Origin: the human T2T-CHM13v2.0 reference genome, Homo sapiens
Assembly (NCBI RefSeq): GCF_009914755.1
Contig: NC_060925.1
Length of the DNA: 64,000 bases
Direction: 5' to 3' (one strand)
The translations under genes were made by a program, and so were the position numbers. Positions 14,439 to 27,188 of the stretch are shown here, piece by piece. Each line of letters starts with the position of its first letter. Positions within the stretch are counted from its first letter, which is position 1. Under the pieces are notes generated by a model. The model was not told the DNA's origin, made no database searches, and worked only from the letters and a program-made list of their open reading frames with translations.

Positions 14439-16766
14439 CTTGTTTTTAAAAGCTCTTTTTAAATATTTGTATACATTTAGGGAGTACAAGGGCAGTTTTG
14501 TTACATGGATATATTGCTTAGTGGTGAAGTCTGGGCTTTTAGTGGCACCATCAGCCAAATAGTGTAAATTGTATCCATTAGGTAGTTTCTCATTCCTCAG
14601 CCCCCTCCCACCCTTGCACCCTTATGAGTCTCCAATGCCTATTATTCTGCACTCTATGTCCAAGCTTACACATTATTTAACTCCCACCTATAAATGAGAA
14701 CATGCAGTATTTGACTTCCTGTTTCTGAGTTATTTCACTTAAGATAATGCCTTGCAGTTCCATCTATGTTGCTGCAAAACACATAATTTTTTATGGCTGA
14801 ATACTATTCCATTGTATGTGATGTGTACATATATCACATACAATGGAGTAATAGATATAGATATAGATATAGATATAGACATTTTCTTTATCCAGTCATC
14901 TGTTGTTGGACACTTAGGTTGATTTCATATCTTTGCTACTGTGAATAGTGCTGCTATTAAAATACCATTGCAGATTTCTTTTTAATATGATTTATTTTCT
15001 TTAGGTTAGATATACAGTAGCAGGGTTGCTGGATCAAATGGTAGGTCTATTTTTAGAGCTAGCTTTGAGAACTAGCTTTCCTGTTTCCCATAGAGTATTA
15101 CTAATTTACATCCCCACCAACAGTGTATAAGCATTACCTTTTCTCTACATCCTCACCACCATCTGTTAGCTTTTGACTTTTTAGCAATAGCCATTCTGAC
15201 AGTGTAAGATGGTATTGTATTGTAGTTTTAATTATCATTTCTCTGATGAAAATTAATGTTGAGCATTTTTTATTATGCCTGTTAGCCATTTGTATGTCTT
15301 CTTTTGAAAAACGTCTGTTCATGTCCTTTTTTACTTTTTAGAGGGATTATTTTGATTTGTTTATTGTTAAGTTCTTTGAGTTCTTTGTAGATTCTGTATA
15401 TTAATCTTTTGTCAGATGCATAGTTAGCGCTACTTTCTCTCATTCTGCAGGTTGTCTGTTCACTTGATGTATTGTTTATTTTGCTGTGCGGAGGCTTTTT
15501 AGTTTAATTATTTGCCATTTGCCTCTTTTTGTTTTTGTTGCATTTGCTTTGGAGCTCTTAGTTGTGAATTATTTGCCTAGAAAAATGTCCAGAAGAGTTT
15601 TTACTAGGTTTTCTGCCATTGTTTTTATAGTTTCAGGTCTTATATTTAAATCTGTAATCCATTGTGAGTTAATTTTTTCCCCAACATTTTCAACCTCTTC
15701 ATTGAGAGCACCTTGAGTTAATTCTGCATATGGTGAGATGTAGGGGTTCAGTTTCATTCTTCTGCACATGGCAATCCAATTGTGTCAGCACCATTTATTG
15801 AATAGGATGTCCTTTCCCCAGTGCATGTTTTTGCCAACTTTGTTAAAGATCAAGTGGCTGTAGGTGTGTGGCTTTATTTCTTGGTTCTCTATTCTGTTTC
15901 ATTGATCTGTGTGTATATTTTTATACCAGTGGCATGCTTTTTTGATTACACAAGCCTTTTAGTATAATTTAAAGTCAGGTAATGTAATGTCTCCAAGTCA
16001 GGTAATGTAATGTCTCCAGCTTTGTTCTTTTTATTTAGGATTTCTTTTGGTTACTTAGGCTCTTTTTTCCTTCCATTTGAAGTTTAGCATTATTTTTACT
16101 AATTTTGTGAAAAATGTAGTTGGTATTTTGATAGGAACCGAATTGAATCTGTAGATTGTTTTGGGTAGTATGGTAATTTTAGCAATATTGTTTGTCTGGA
16201 TCAATAAGCGTGGGATTTTTTTCATTTGTTTGTGGCATCTGTAATTTTTTTCATCACTGTTTTCTGGTTTTCCTTGTAGAGATCTTTCACCTCTTTAGTT
16301 AAATACATTCCTGGGATTTTTTTTTGTTTTGGTAACTATGTAAATGGGATTGACATCTTGATTTGGTTCTCAACTGGATTGTTATTGGTATTTAGAAATG
16401 TTACTGATCAACAAACTAGGCATAGAATGATGTACCTTAAAATAATAAAAGCCATATATGATGAACCCATAGCCAACATGACACTGAATGGGGAAAATTG
16501 AAAACATTTCCCTAAGAACTGGAACAAGACAAGAATGCCCAGTGTTATCACTTCTATTCAACTGAATACTAGAAATCCTAGCCAGGGAAATCAGGCAAGG
16601 GGAAGAAATGAAAGGCATTCAAATAGGAAAAGATGAAATCAATCTCTGTTTGCTGATGGCATAATCTTATACCTAGAAAACCTTAGAGACTTCTCCGAAA
16701 TACTCCTAGATTTGATAAATGAATTCAGTAAAGTTTTAGGATGCCAAATAAATGTACAAAAATCAA
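14439..16766 (-). mobile_element. L1PB-like element with 5' inversion (minus strand ~14439-16407, plus strand ~16408-16766)
   Basis: Minus-strand 3' UTR and ORF2 ([16 protein letters not shown]...), switching to plus-strand ORF2 at tcaacaaactaggcatag; TSD ttc(c/t)acagatcatttt at 14423-14438 and 16767-16782. Confidence 0.9.
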
Positions 16767-18958
16767 TTCTACAGATCATTTTTACCATTTGAAATTCCTT
16801 TAAAGCATAAATTTTGATTTAGATTTAAATTCTGTTTCTCATTTATGAATCTTCGAATTAATGAGGAAATTGAAATCAAGAGGACAGTCTTCAAGCTATG
16901 AGAAGACTGCTTTAATTGACTATTTCCTTATATAATGGATTGAGGAGAATTATTCTTTCCATGAAGTTGTCTGAGAAGGAAAAGCAGCTTCTGCCTCCTT
17001 TTTTTTGTGTGTGTTCTCATCATAGCCATACCTAAATGTTTCTTGTATGTCTAGACTTAAATGAGTATTAGAGCTGAGTTAATTTTTGTAACACCATTGA
17101 TTATTCAATTGGGAGGGATGTCAATTTCTAAGTGACTCAAATTTTCATTGTTATTTTTAGATTTCCATAGTATTATTAATATAATAGCAGCATATGAACT
17201 TGTAATAAAGATCTATTTTCTGACATAAATTAAAATGAAACTAAAGTTTTCAAAGACATTTTCTTGAATACTTTTAGTCCTAAGACATTAGTCTTTTAGT
17301 TAAAGAACAACCTTAGTAAACTCAAATGAATAAAGGAATCTTTATAAATTAATGTTAGATTGATTGTAGTTTTGAATATTTTTCTTATTTAAAGCCAACC
17401 AATTGACCAGAACTAATGACAGTCCCAAAATATACCTGCTCTTACATGCCTTTGTGATTTAAGACAATTACTTTTCCTTTGTGTGTGCGCGCGTGTGTAT
17501 GTGTAGCTCTATGGATTGCTATGTAGACAGACAGATACTTTATCCCTTAAATTGTGTTGTCCTTTTGTATCCTCCACTGTCTGGTAAGCTAGTTTAGTGC
17601 TTAATAGCAGTATGGTCTCTATGTGTTGTTATAAATCATTCACTGGAATCTCTAATGTTAAAATATCAGGGCCATTTGGCACAAGACACTGGTATAATCC
17701 AAAATAGGGAAAGCTTATATTTTATGACTATTATGACTGGCTTTGAGCAGTGAAAAAATAAATTTAATTAGTATTACAAAAATGCAACCCCTGTGGTTTA
17801 CCCTGAATTGTACATATGACAAAACATCTCAGGCAATTAACCTGGATGTGGCAGATACAGGGCATGCCATATGACAATGTATGAAAGAATGCTATTGCCC
17901 TATTTATAATTGTCTAGTAAATGATGTCTAGAATTCTAAGCATAACAATAGTTATTAAATACACTTGAATGAAACCAAAATACTTTGTAGCCAGTATATA
18001 TCACCATTCTTTTCTTTCACAAATAAGATTCTTCCTGCCATATAGTCTGTTTTTCCAAAATCAACAGCATTCTTGTAACAACTCCCTCCCCATCTTCTGC
18101 TTTTGTGGGAAGATTCTGTACCTAGATTGTATTCTGTTCATAGAAACTTTCAATTTTCAACCTGTGTTGTTTTAGAATCCAGATGCTTCATTTGTCAATT
18201 TTAAACTCTCATTTTTATCCAACTCCTATTACTTTAAAAAATGGAGTTGCCAAAAAGTTAGTTTAGTAAGTGGTAGTATTTGTTAGAGTGCTAGATGAAC
18301 AACCAGTTGACTGTGACCTAATATATAGTTAAATGTGTGAAAAGAAAATATTAAAATCAGTAATTTTAGTAAAAAGATTTTTTAAATTACTTGTAAAGAA
18401 CCTTGTTATGTATAACTGCAATAATTAGCCAAGTCACTTTATGTCTAGAGAAGCTGGAACTAATTGCCTGGTTCCATGTATTCTCAAATATTGAGGAATT
18501 TTTCAGCTACCTACAAATACACACACACATACTCACACAAATCACAGCTTTCAAGGATTTGTCTTTTGTCTGTCAGACTGATAAGTATCTCATACAAAAG
18601 GGTAAACATCATATAAATACACAACTATATAAATTTATCAACATGTAGGAAAAAACAATAATACTTTAATTCTAATATTCCTTTAGATATATATTTTAGG
18701 TCAATATATCCAGAGACAGCACTATTCATTTTTAATGACTAGAAGTGCAGTACAACTGTGAGAAGTATGTTTCTAGCACTTAGACTTAGCAACATCTTCA
18801 CCAGCTCACATGGCAGACAAAACTGACATAAAAAAAAAATAGTAAATTGTCTGTCCACACATTTCTACTGAAAAACCGGTTATACAGCTACATCTAGATG
18901 CATGTACAATTCAACAGCCCTGATATAAGACATTAAAAGCATATGAGATAATTTCTAA

Positions 18959-19260
<302 letters not shown>

Positions 19261-19435
19261 GAATTTTTTAAATATACGATCATTTTTCACTATCTTCATT
19301 ATATCACTCTAACTAGCATTTTATATTTGTATAGGACTTAAAGAATAGACTATCACATGCATTGGATTAAATTATTGTAATTAAATAAGACATTTTATAT
19401 TATTCTAACTTCATTGTTGTTGAAATGTTACTTAC

Positions 19436-20913
<1,478 letters not shown>

Positions 20914-21439
20914 TTACATTTTTTAAATCATTTTGTAGTTACAAAAATTCTTTCTCTTAAACTTAATGTTTAGCTAGTCCAGTGACTTCAGTCAGTTTTC
21001 ACTAATTTGAATTGAATCGACTGGATTTATTTGAACAGGCGGTTGTCCTAGGGCAGTCTAAGAATGATTGAGACAAAAATGTCAAATGGAATGTTCAGCA
21101 AGATAGAGTGTGCTCAACAGTCAGTGGCCAGAGGACTGGAGTTCAGTATCCATGAAGATTCACTAAAGACAGGAAGCAACGTTAGATTCTGAGCTTTGAA
21201 TATTTTGTGGCAGCAAGTAGATGATCCACTGTGATGCAGTTCGGAGATAGCACATGCAGGTCAGAAGTAGGAAAGACAAAGCAGAACAATAAACAGAAAA
21301 ACATCCAAGTGAATTGACTGTTCAATTTCTATTTTCAAGGTTCTCAGACCAATTGGGAAGCAGCTTGCAAATCTTTAGTATTTAAGCAAAGTTAACAAGG
21401 ACATAAATGAATATTAAGTATTCAGCTGAAGTGGAAACT

Positions 21440-21830
21440 GTTGGATTCCTACCTGATTAGACACTCCTGGAAATTTCACTCCCAGCTCTGCATGCTTCTC
21501 TTCTAGGGGCTGGAATCTATAGTCATCTTCAGCATCCTTGTGGTGCTGGAGTCACTTGTCCCAGAGAGGAAAGTGCCTGGGGGTTTAGGTTTTCACAGGA
21601 CATGCAATAGCTAGTGATGGACTAATGCCATGTTTTAAAGGTTCAACTGCCTTTACCTTGACACGGGACAAACTACAGTGTAATTTACACCCGAGAGCTC
21701 TCTGCACCTGCAATTGTACCTTCCTTGGTTTTTTGGCCTTTCCCCCTCCCATACTGGTTTATCATCAGAGCCCTTGTACACGAATTCTACTTTTAATATT
21801 CCCTTCTAGGGAAACAAGACTGAACCACCT
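21440..21830 (+). mobile_element. Probable old ERVL LTR (LTR16-like)
   Basis: 3' end cccttctagggaaacaagactgaaccac resembles LTR16; highly diverged. Confidence 0.4.
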
Positions 21831-21949
21831 GCTAAACAATTAGGACTACATGAGTAACTCAATTAGAATTACAGCCTTAATCCAAGGAAAAAGTTTAATG
21901 ACTCACTATGCAAACCATGCTCACTATGCAGTTTATATTAGGTGTGATG

Positions 21950-22133
21950 AAGTGTATCTCAAAACATAGTCTGAGAATCACCTGCATCAGAATCTTTTTG
22001 GATGGTTATAACAAGCAGGGCTTTTGCCACATATCTACTGCATCAGAGTCACTGAGTTGTGGCATGGAAGTTGCCATCTTTAAAGACAGCCTCTAGTGAT
22101 GCTTATGCACATCGAAGTTAAAAAGAATACTCT
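21950..22133. mobile_element. MER5-type hAT-Charlie MITE
   Basis: cctgcatcagaatc...gtgatgcttatgcacatcgaagtt...aatact. Confidence 0.65.
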
Positions 22134-22304
22134 GATTTAAATCATGTATGAAAAGCAGGTTTATTTCCTAGCTTCCATATGGTTGGAACTGCTATTTGTA
22201 GCATAGTTTAGGCTGGCTATGGCAAAGAAACCAGACAGAGCTGACGTTATCTGAAAGTATACACACCGTCTGCCAGAGTCAATTTATTTGAGATAATAGA
22301 TTTA

Positions 22305-22450
22305 CTTAGGACTCCTTTTAAGGATGAGGAGTCCAAGATCTAAAGAGGTTAAGTGATTTGTCCAATAGCATGAAAGGCTATCTTTAGATGGTAAGAAGGC
22401 CAGATATCCAAATTCCAAAAACTTTGTACTCCTCTTATCCATGTTACCTC
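22305..22450 (-). mobile_element. MIR fragment
   Basis: ttttaaggatgaggagtcc...agaggttaagtgatttgtccaa. Confidence 0.55.
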
Positions 22451-24136
22451 CTATGGTTGTTCATATTACAGCTCTCGAATTAAAGCAAAATTATTATAAC
22501 GGCCACGACCAACAAAATATTTACAACCACAGTTAATAGTTTTGCTTATTTCGGATTTGCCTATGAAGATATGAACACATATCTGCTTCGGTGAGAAAAG
22601 ATTTGTTCCATGCATATTTCTAGACTTTTCCCCTTCATTGTGCTATATGGTCATATAAGACAGATTCTGATGGCTTCAGGGGCTAGTAACAGAGCAGCTG
22701 CATATGGGAATATACAGCATCCCATATGGATGAGACTTTGTCTAGAATATATGAAAATATTTAGTGGCTTAAATTAATTAAGCAATAGAATGGTTACCTT
22801 TATACACACACAAAAAATCATATGCCTGACATCATGTAAAAAAGCAAGCATTAGCTAACTAAATTGTTCACTGTTTAACTAGTTGACTTATTATCACACG
22901 GATGGAACCTGAGTGTTTACACAGTTGTACATATGACCACATTCTAATAACAAACGCAAATGTTTGAGGGATTATCTCTTATTTTTCAATGCTGATGCTT
23001 TGACTCTCATTAATATATATAAAATCAAGTGTTGAGGATATAGTTTTAAATTTACGTTTCTATTAATTTTGTTTTTTAATCTAAGAGAGAAATGGAAAAT
23101 CAAAACAATAAAAATTTGGAATTTTCTTAGTGGTTTTGCAATACATTTACTGGTAGTAAAAGTGAATTGGCTGATACTTGTGCTTTATCATTAAAATATA
23201 TTTACAATTTTATTTAGTATGAAATTAGCATTTGCAGCCTTTAATCATTATAGTTTTCGATGAGTTTCATTCAATTCAGGGTACATTTTCTTTTCACTTA
23301 GAGAAATATGATTTTTTTATGTTGCTTTTTGTGATTATTTTGGATTTGTGCTATAGCTAGACCCTGAAATGGCCACATTTAAAATGAATAATTCATGAGT
23401 TTTTGTTTCGTGTAGTTCTTAAAGTATGTTATTGGACAGGACATTGTGAGTGTGTGTATGCTATTTTTCTTTTTTTCAATGGCAACCGCAGCACACTACA
23501 TACTAACTGCAAAACGCAAATATTAAATTTTATATTTTTATACCTAAAATGTAATCCAGAAGCCTTAGAGAATGTCAAGAACTTGTCTCTCTCTTAAAAA
23601 GCATAGCTTAGTCTGATATAAATTTATTAAGGTGTGTAGCTATGCCAAGTCTCATCATGAGTAGATAGTTCTATAAAATGACCATTGAAAACATACAGTA
23701 GCAATTGTCAATCTATACAAATCTGCTGTATGTTCCATAAGCTGCAGTGCTTATTTTTCCACCTAGTCTTATATTGTTAGCCCATTGGATAGGACTTTTT
23801 ATTCCTGTTTATACTCTGCAAATAGTTCCTTTTCTAAATCAATCTTGCTTTAGCTCTTAAGGCTTGTTCTCAACCACGAAGAAGAAAATAAACAAAGACT
23901 AGGGCTCATTAGTATACATGCTCCTTCCTCCTTTGCTTTTATTTCCAGTTATTATTTATATTCATTTTGAATGTATATATACCTTGTGTGTATACATTTA
24001 TTTACTTATTATTATAAAATACAGACAATTTTTAACCCACATCTCAAAAGCTGCTGTAGGCTTTGTTCATTTGTTTTTACTTGATGACTCTAATTTCAAT
24101 GCTGCATCCAGAGAATCTCCTATTACATTAGGGGAT

Positions 24137-24481
24137 TGTCTTAGTCCATTTTGTGCCTCTATTAACAGAATGCCCAAGACTGGGAAATTTATAAATAATG
24201 TAAAGTTTTTTCTCAAGGTTCTGGAGGTTGGCAAGTATAAGATTAAGGGACCATCTTCTGGTGAGGGCCTTCTTGCTATACAGTCTCCCAGCAGAAGACA
24301 AAAGGGCAAGAGAGGGTGAGAGAGGACCAAACTTGCCCTTTTATGTGGCACCAATTCAAACCATGAAGGTGGAGCCCTTATGTCCTAATCATCTATTACA
24401 GGTCCCACCAGTTAATACTGTTACAATGGCAATTACATTTCAACCAGAATTTTGGAGGAGACAAATATTCCAGCCATACCA
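24137..24481 (-). mobile_element. MST/MLT1A-type MaLR solo LTR
   Basis: tgtcttagtccattttgtg...tctggtgagggccttcttgct...ccagccatacca. Confidence 0.8.
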
Positions 24482-24642
24482 TTGATAAAATGACATTTTG
24501 GTATAATGGAAAGATTTAACATTAATGAAAGTTTGATTGGGGTTAAGCTGTCTGATTAACATGTATGGACTGTGGCATGCCATGTCACCTCCTTCCCTCA
24601 GTTTCTGCACCTATAAAATAAAGATAATTATGATGATACTTT

Positions 24643-25196
24643 ATACGGCAGACTGGATAATGACATAGAGATGCTCACACTGTAATCTCTGAAACATGTG
24701 ACTATGTTATCTTACATGGCAAAAGGAACTTTGTAGATGGAGTTAAGACTTCAGACCTTAAAATAGGAAGGCTATCCTGGATTATCTGTGTGGGTAAAAT
24801 GTTATCACATGGCATTCTTAAAGTTAAAGAGGAAGGTAGAAGGTTCTGAGAGATCCAGTGACAGAAGATGAAAGCATGAAAGAGGCTCAACACACCATTA
24901 CTTGCTTTAGAGACAAAGGAAAGGAACAACTTGCTAAGCAACTCAGATAGTCCTTAGAAGCTGAGAATAGCTCTCAGCTGACAGCCAGTAAGAAAATGGG
25001 GAGCTCAGTTCTAGAACCAAAAGGAACTGAATTCTGCCAACGACTGAATGAGCAAGACAACAGATTCTCCCGTAGAACTTCCAGAAAGGAAGACAGCCTG
25101 ATGACACCTCACAAAGCTATGAGATAATAAACTTGTGTGGTTTTTACCACCACAATTGTGTTTATTTGTTAATGACAACAATAACAACTAATGCAA
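24643..25196 (+). mobile_element. MLT1D/E-type MaLR LTR, preceded by a MIR fragment at ~24530-24640
   Basis: gactatgttatcttacatggcaaaaggaactttgtagatg...aaggaactgaattctgccaac...aactaatgca. Confidence 0.75.
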
Positions 25197-25841
25197 TATG
25201 GTTGAAGCAAATATTAACTGTTTGTGAAAACATTTTTCAAGCTTCAAAGTATAATTCAGTTTTATAAACATTTGTTAAAGTCTCACCCTGAACACACTGA
25301 TATGTGCCAGGGATATAAAGAAAGGTAAGATATCATCCCTGGTCTCCAAAAACTAATATTTTATCAGAAGAGACTAGCATATAAACAAATAAATCAAAGG
25401 CACTGTATGTCAAATTTCTTGTAAGAGGTGTCATGTCAGGAACAGTGACAGGATAAATGAGAAAGTTTAGCTTCTGTAGTTGTATATTATCTTGTATTTT
25501 TAGCCCTCATTGAAGAGAATCATTAGATTTTTCAACACAACAGAAAATTCCTTTTTTTCCACTCTAAAACTGTAAAAATATATTTGGGTATAAAATTATT
25601 TTATGCAACACATTCATGAGTTCTAGATAATGGCCCATATTCAGTTGGTTAAAAAAATTTTGCTACTTTCAATTCTTAAAGTGTAAACAATTTTTGAACT
25701 CTTGAGCTTAAGTAATCAGAGTATGCTCAATCTGGTCTTCAAATATGAGGTCTTAGATGCATTGTAATTTGTTGAAAATAAATTTATTACTAGAGAATGG
25801 GCTTGCCTTACGCACACAGAATCATATGTTATCATTGTGCT

Positions 25842-26253
25842 TGTGATGGTAAATTTTATAAGTCAATGTAGTTAGACTATGGTACTCAGGTGGCAAAATA
25901 CTGTTCTATATGTTACTGTGGAGGTGTTTTTCAGATGTGATTAACATTTAAATTAGCAGATTTTTGAGCAAAGCAGAATAACTTCAGTAATGTGGATGGG
26001 CTTTATGAAATTAATTGATGGCTTTAAGAGAAAGAGAGTATCTCAAAGAAAAAGCAATTCTGCCTCTAGCCAGCCTTCAATCTCAGCTGCAGCATCAGCT
26101 CTTCCCTGCCTCTCCGGGGTTACTGCAGATTTTGGACTTGCCAGTCCCCACAATTGTGTGAATAAATTCTCTAAAATAAATCTCACTATATGTATATATA
26201 TATATCCTATTGGTTCTAGTGATTCCGTTTCTCTGGGAAATTCTGACTAATAA
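25842..26253 (+). mobile_element. MLT2 (ERVL) LTR
   Basis: tgtgatggtaaattttata...tatcctattggttc...ctctgggaaattctgactaata. Confidence 0.8.
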
Positions 26254-26377
26254 CTCTGATAAGTTCTTGCCATTGATGATAAACTATTCTATAAAATAAA
26301 GTCATTCTGCTCTCTTCATAAAATGACACGATCTTTTAAAAATGATGTAATGTTTTCTGTATACAATTGTATAAGTA

Positions 26378-26685
26378 GGCTGGGTGCAGTGGCTTATGAC
26401 TATAATCCCAACAAATTTGGGAGTCTGAGGCAGAAGATCGCTTCAGCCTAGGAGATCGAGACCAACCTGGGCAACATTGTGAGACCCCGTTTCTACAAAA
26501 AATACATAAATTATCCCGTCGTGATGGAGTGCCTGTGGTGCTGTTACTTGGGAGGCTGAGGTGGGGGGACAGCTTGAGCCTGAGAGGTCAAGTTTGCAGC
26601 GAGCTGTGATTGTGGCATTGCACTCCAGCCTGGGTGAAAGAGCAATACTCTGTATCAGAAAAAATAAAAATATATAAATAAATAA
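26378..26685 (+). mobile_element. AluJ
   Basis: J-type diagnostics (gggcaacattgtgagacccc); TSD aa(t/c)tgt(a/g)taagta at 26365-26377 and 26686-26698. Confidence 0.9.
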
Positions 26686-27188
26686 AACTGTGTAAGTAAA
26701 GTAAGAAAACAAATGTTTTCCTGATAATAAACACAATGAGTCAAAATTAAATTTCTACAAATTGTAATAGATTTCTGTTAAAATAATTTAGAAGAGTACA
26801 TATTAAACTTTTATTTTACTGCTACATATATTAGATAATAGTTCTTTAAATGTGAGCAGGGGAACTAAAATCTACAAAAAACCACATAAGATAGAATGAA
26901 ATATAACTTAAAAGAACCAAATCTTCTGATTTATTTTGAACATATATTCTACTTCTGAATATTCCTAATACTATCAAGTTATTGCCATGAAAATAATTCT
27001 GTATATTTAGCATTCATTACTATGAGTGTTATGCTTATAGACCTATCTATTGTTTTATTTCATCTAGAAGATACAAATAAAAGCTAGATATTATTTTTTC
27101 CTCTTTCTATATTTGAAAGTGAATTCTTAGGGGGAGTCATATAACTTAGAGTCATATAGTTAATTAGGAGGAGGGACCAAATCTTCTA

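Noticed and set aside
16408-16766. Similarity to ~41310-41670 and other L1 ORF2 segments as local duplications
   Set aside because: Ordinary L1 family homology with no shared unique flank, unlike the 28585-28720 copy.
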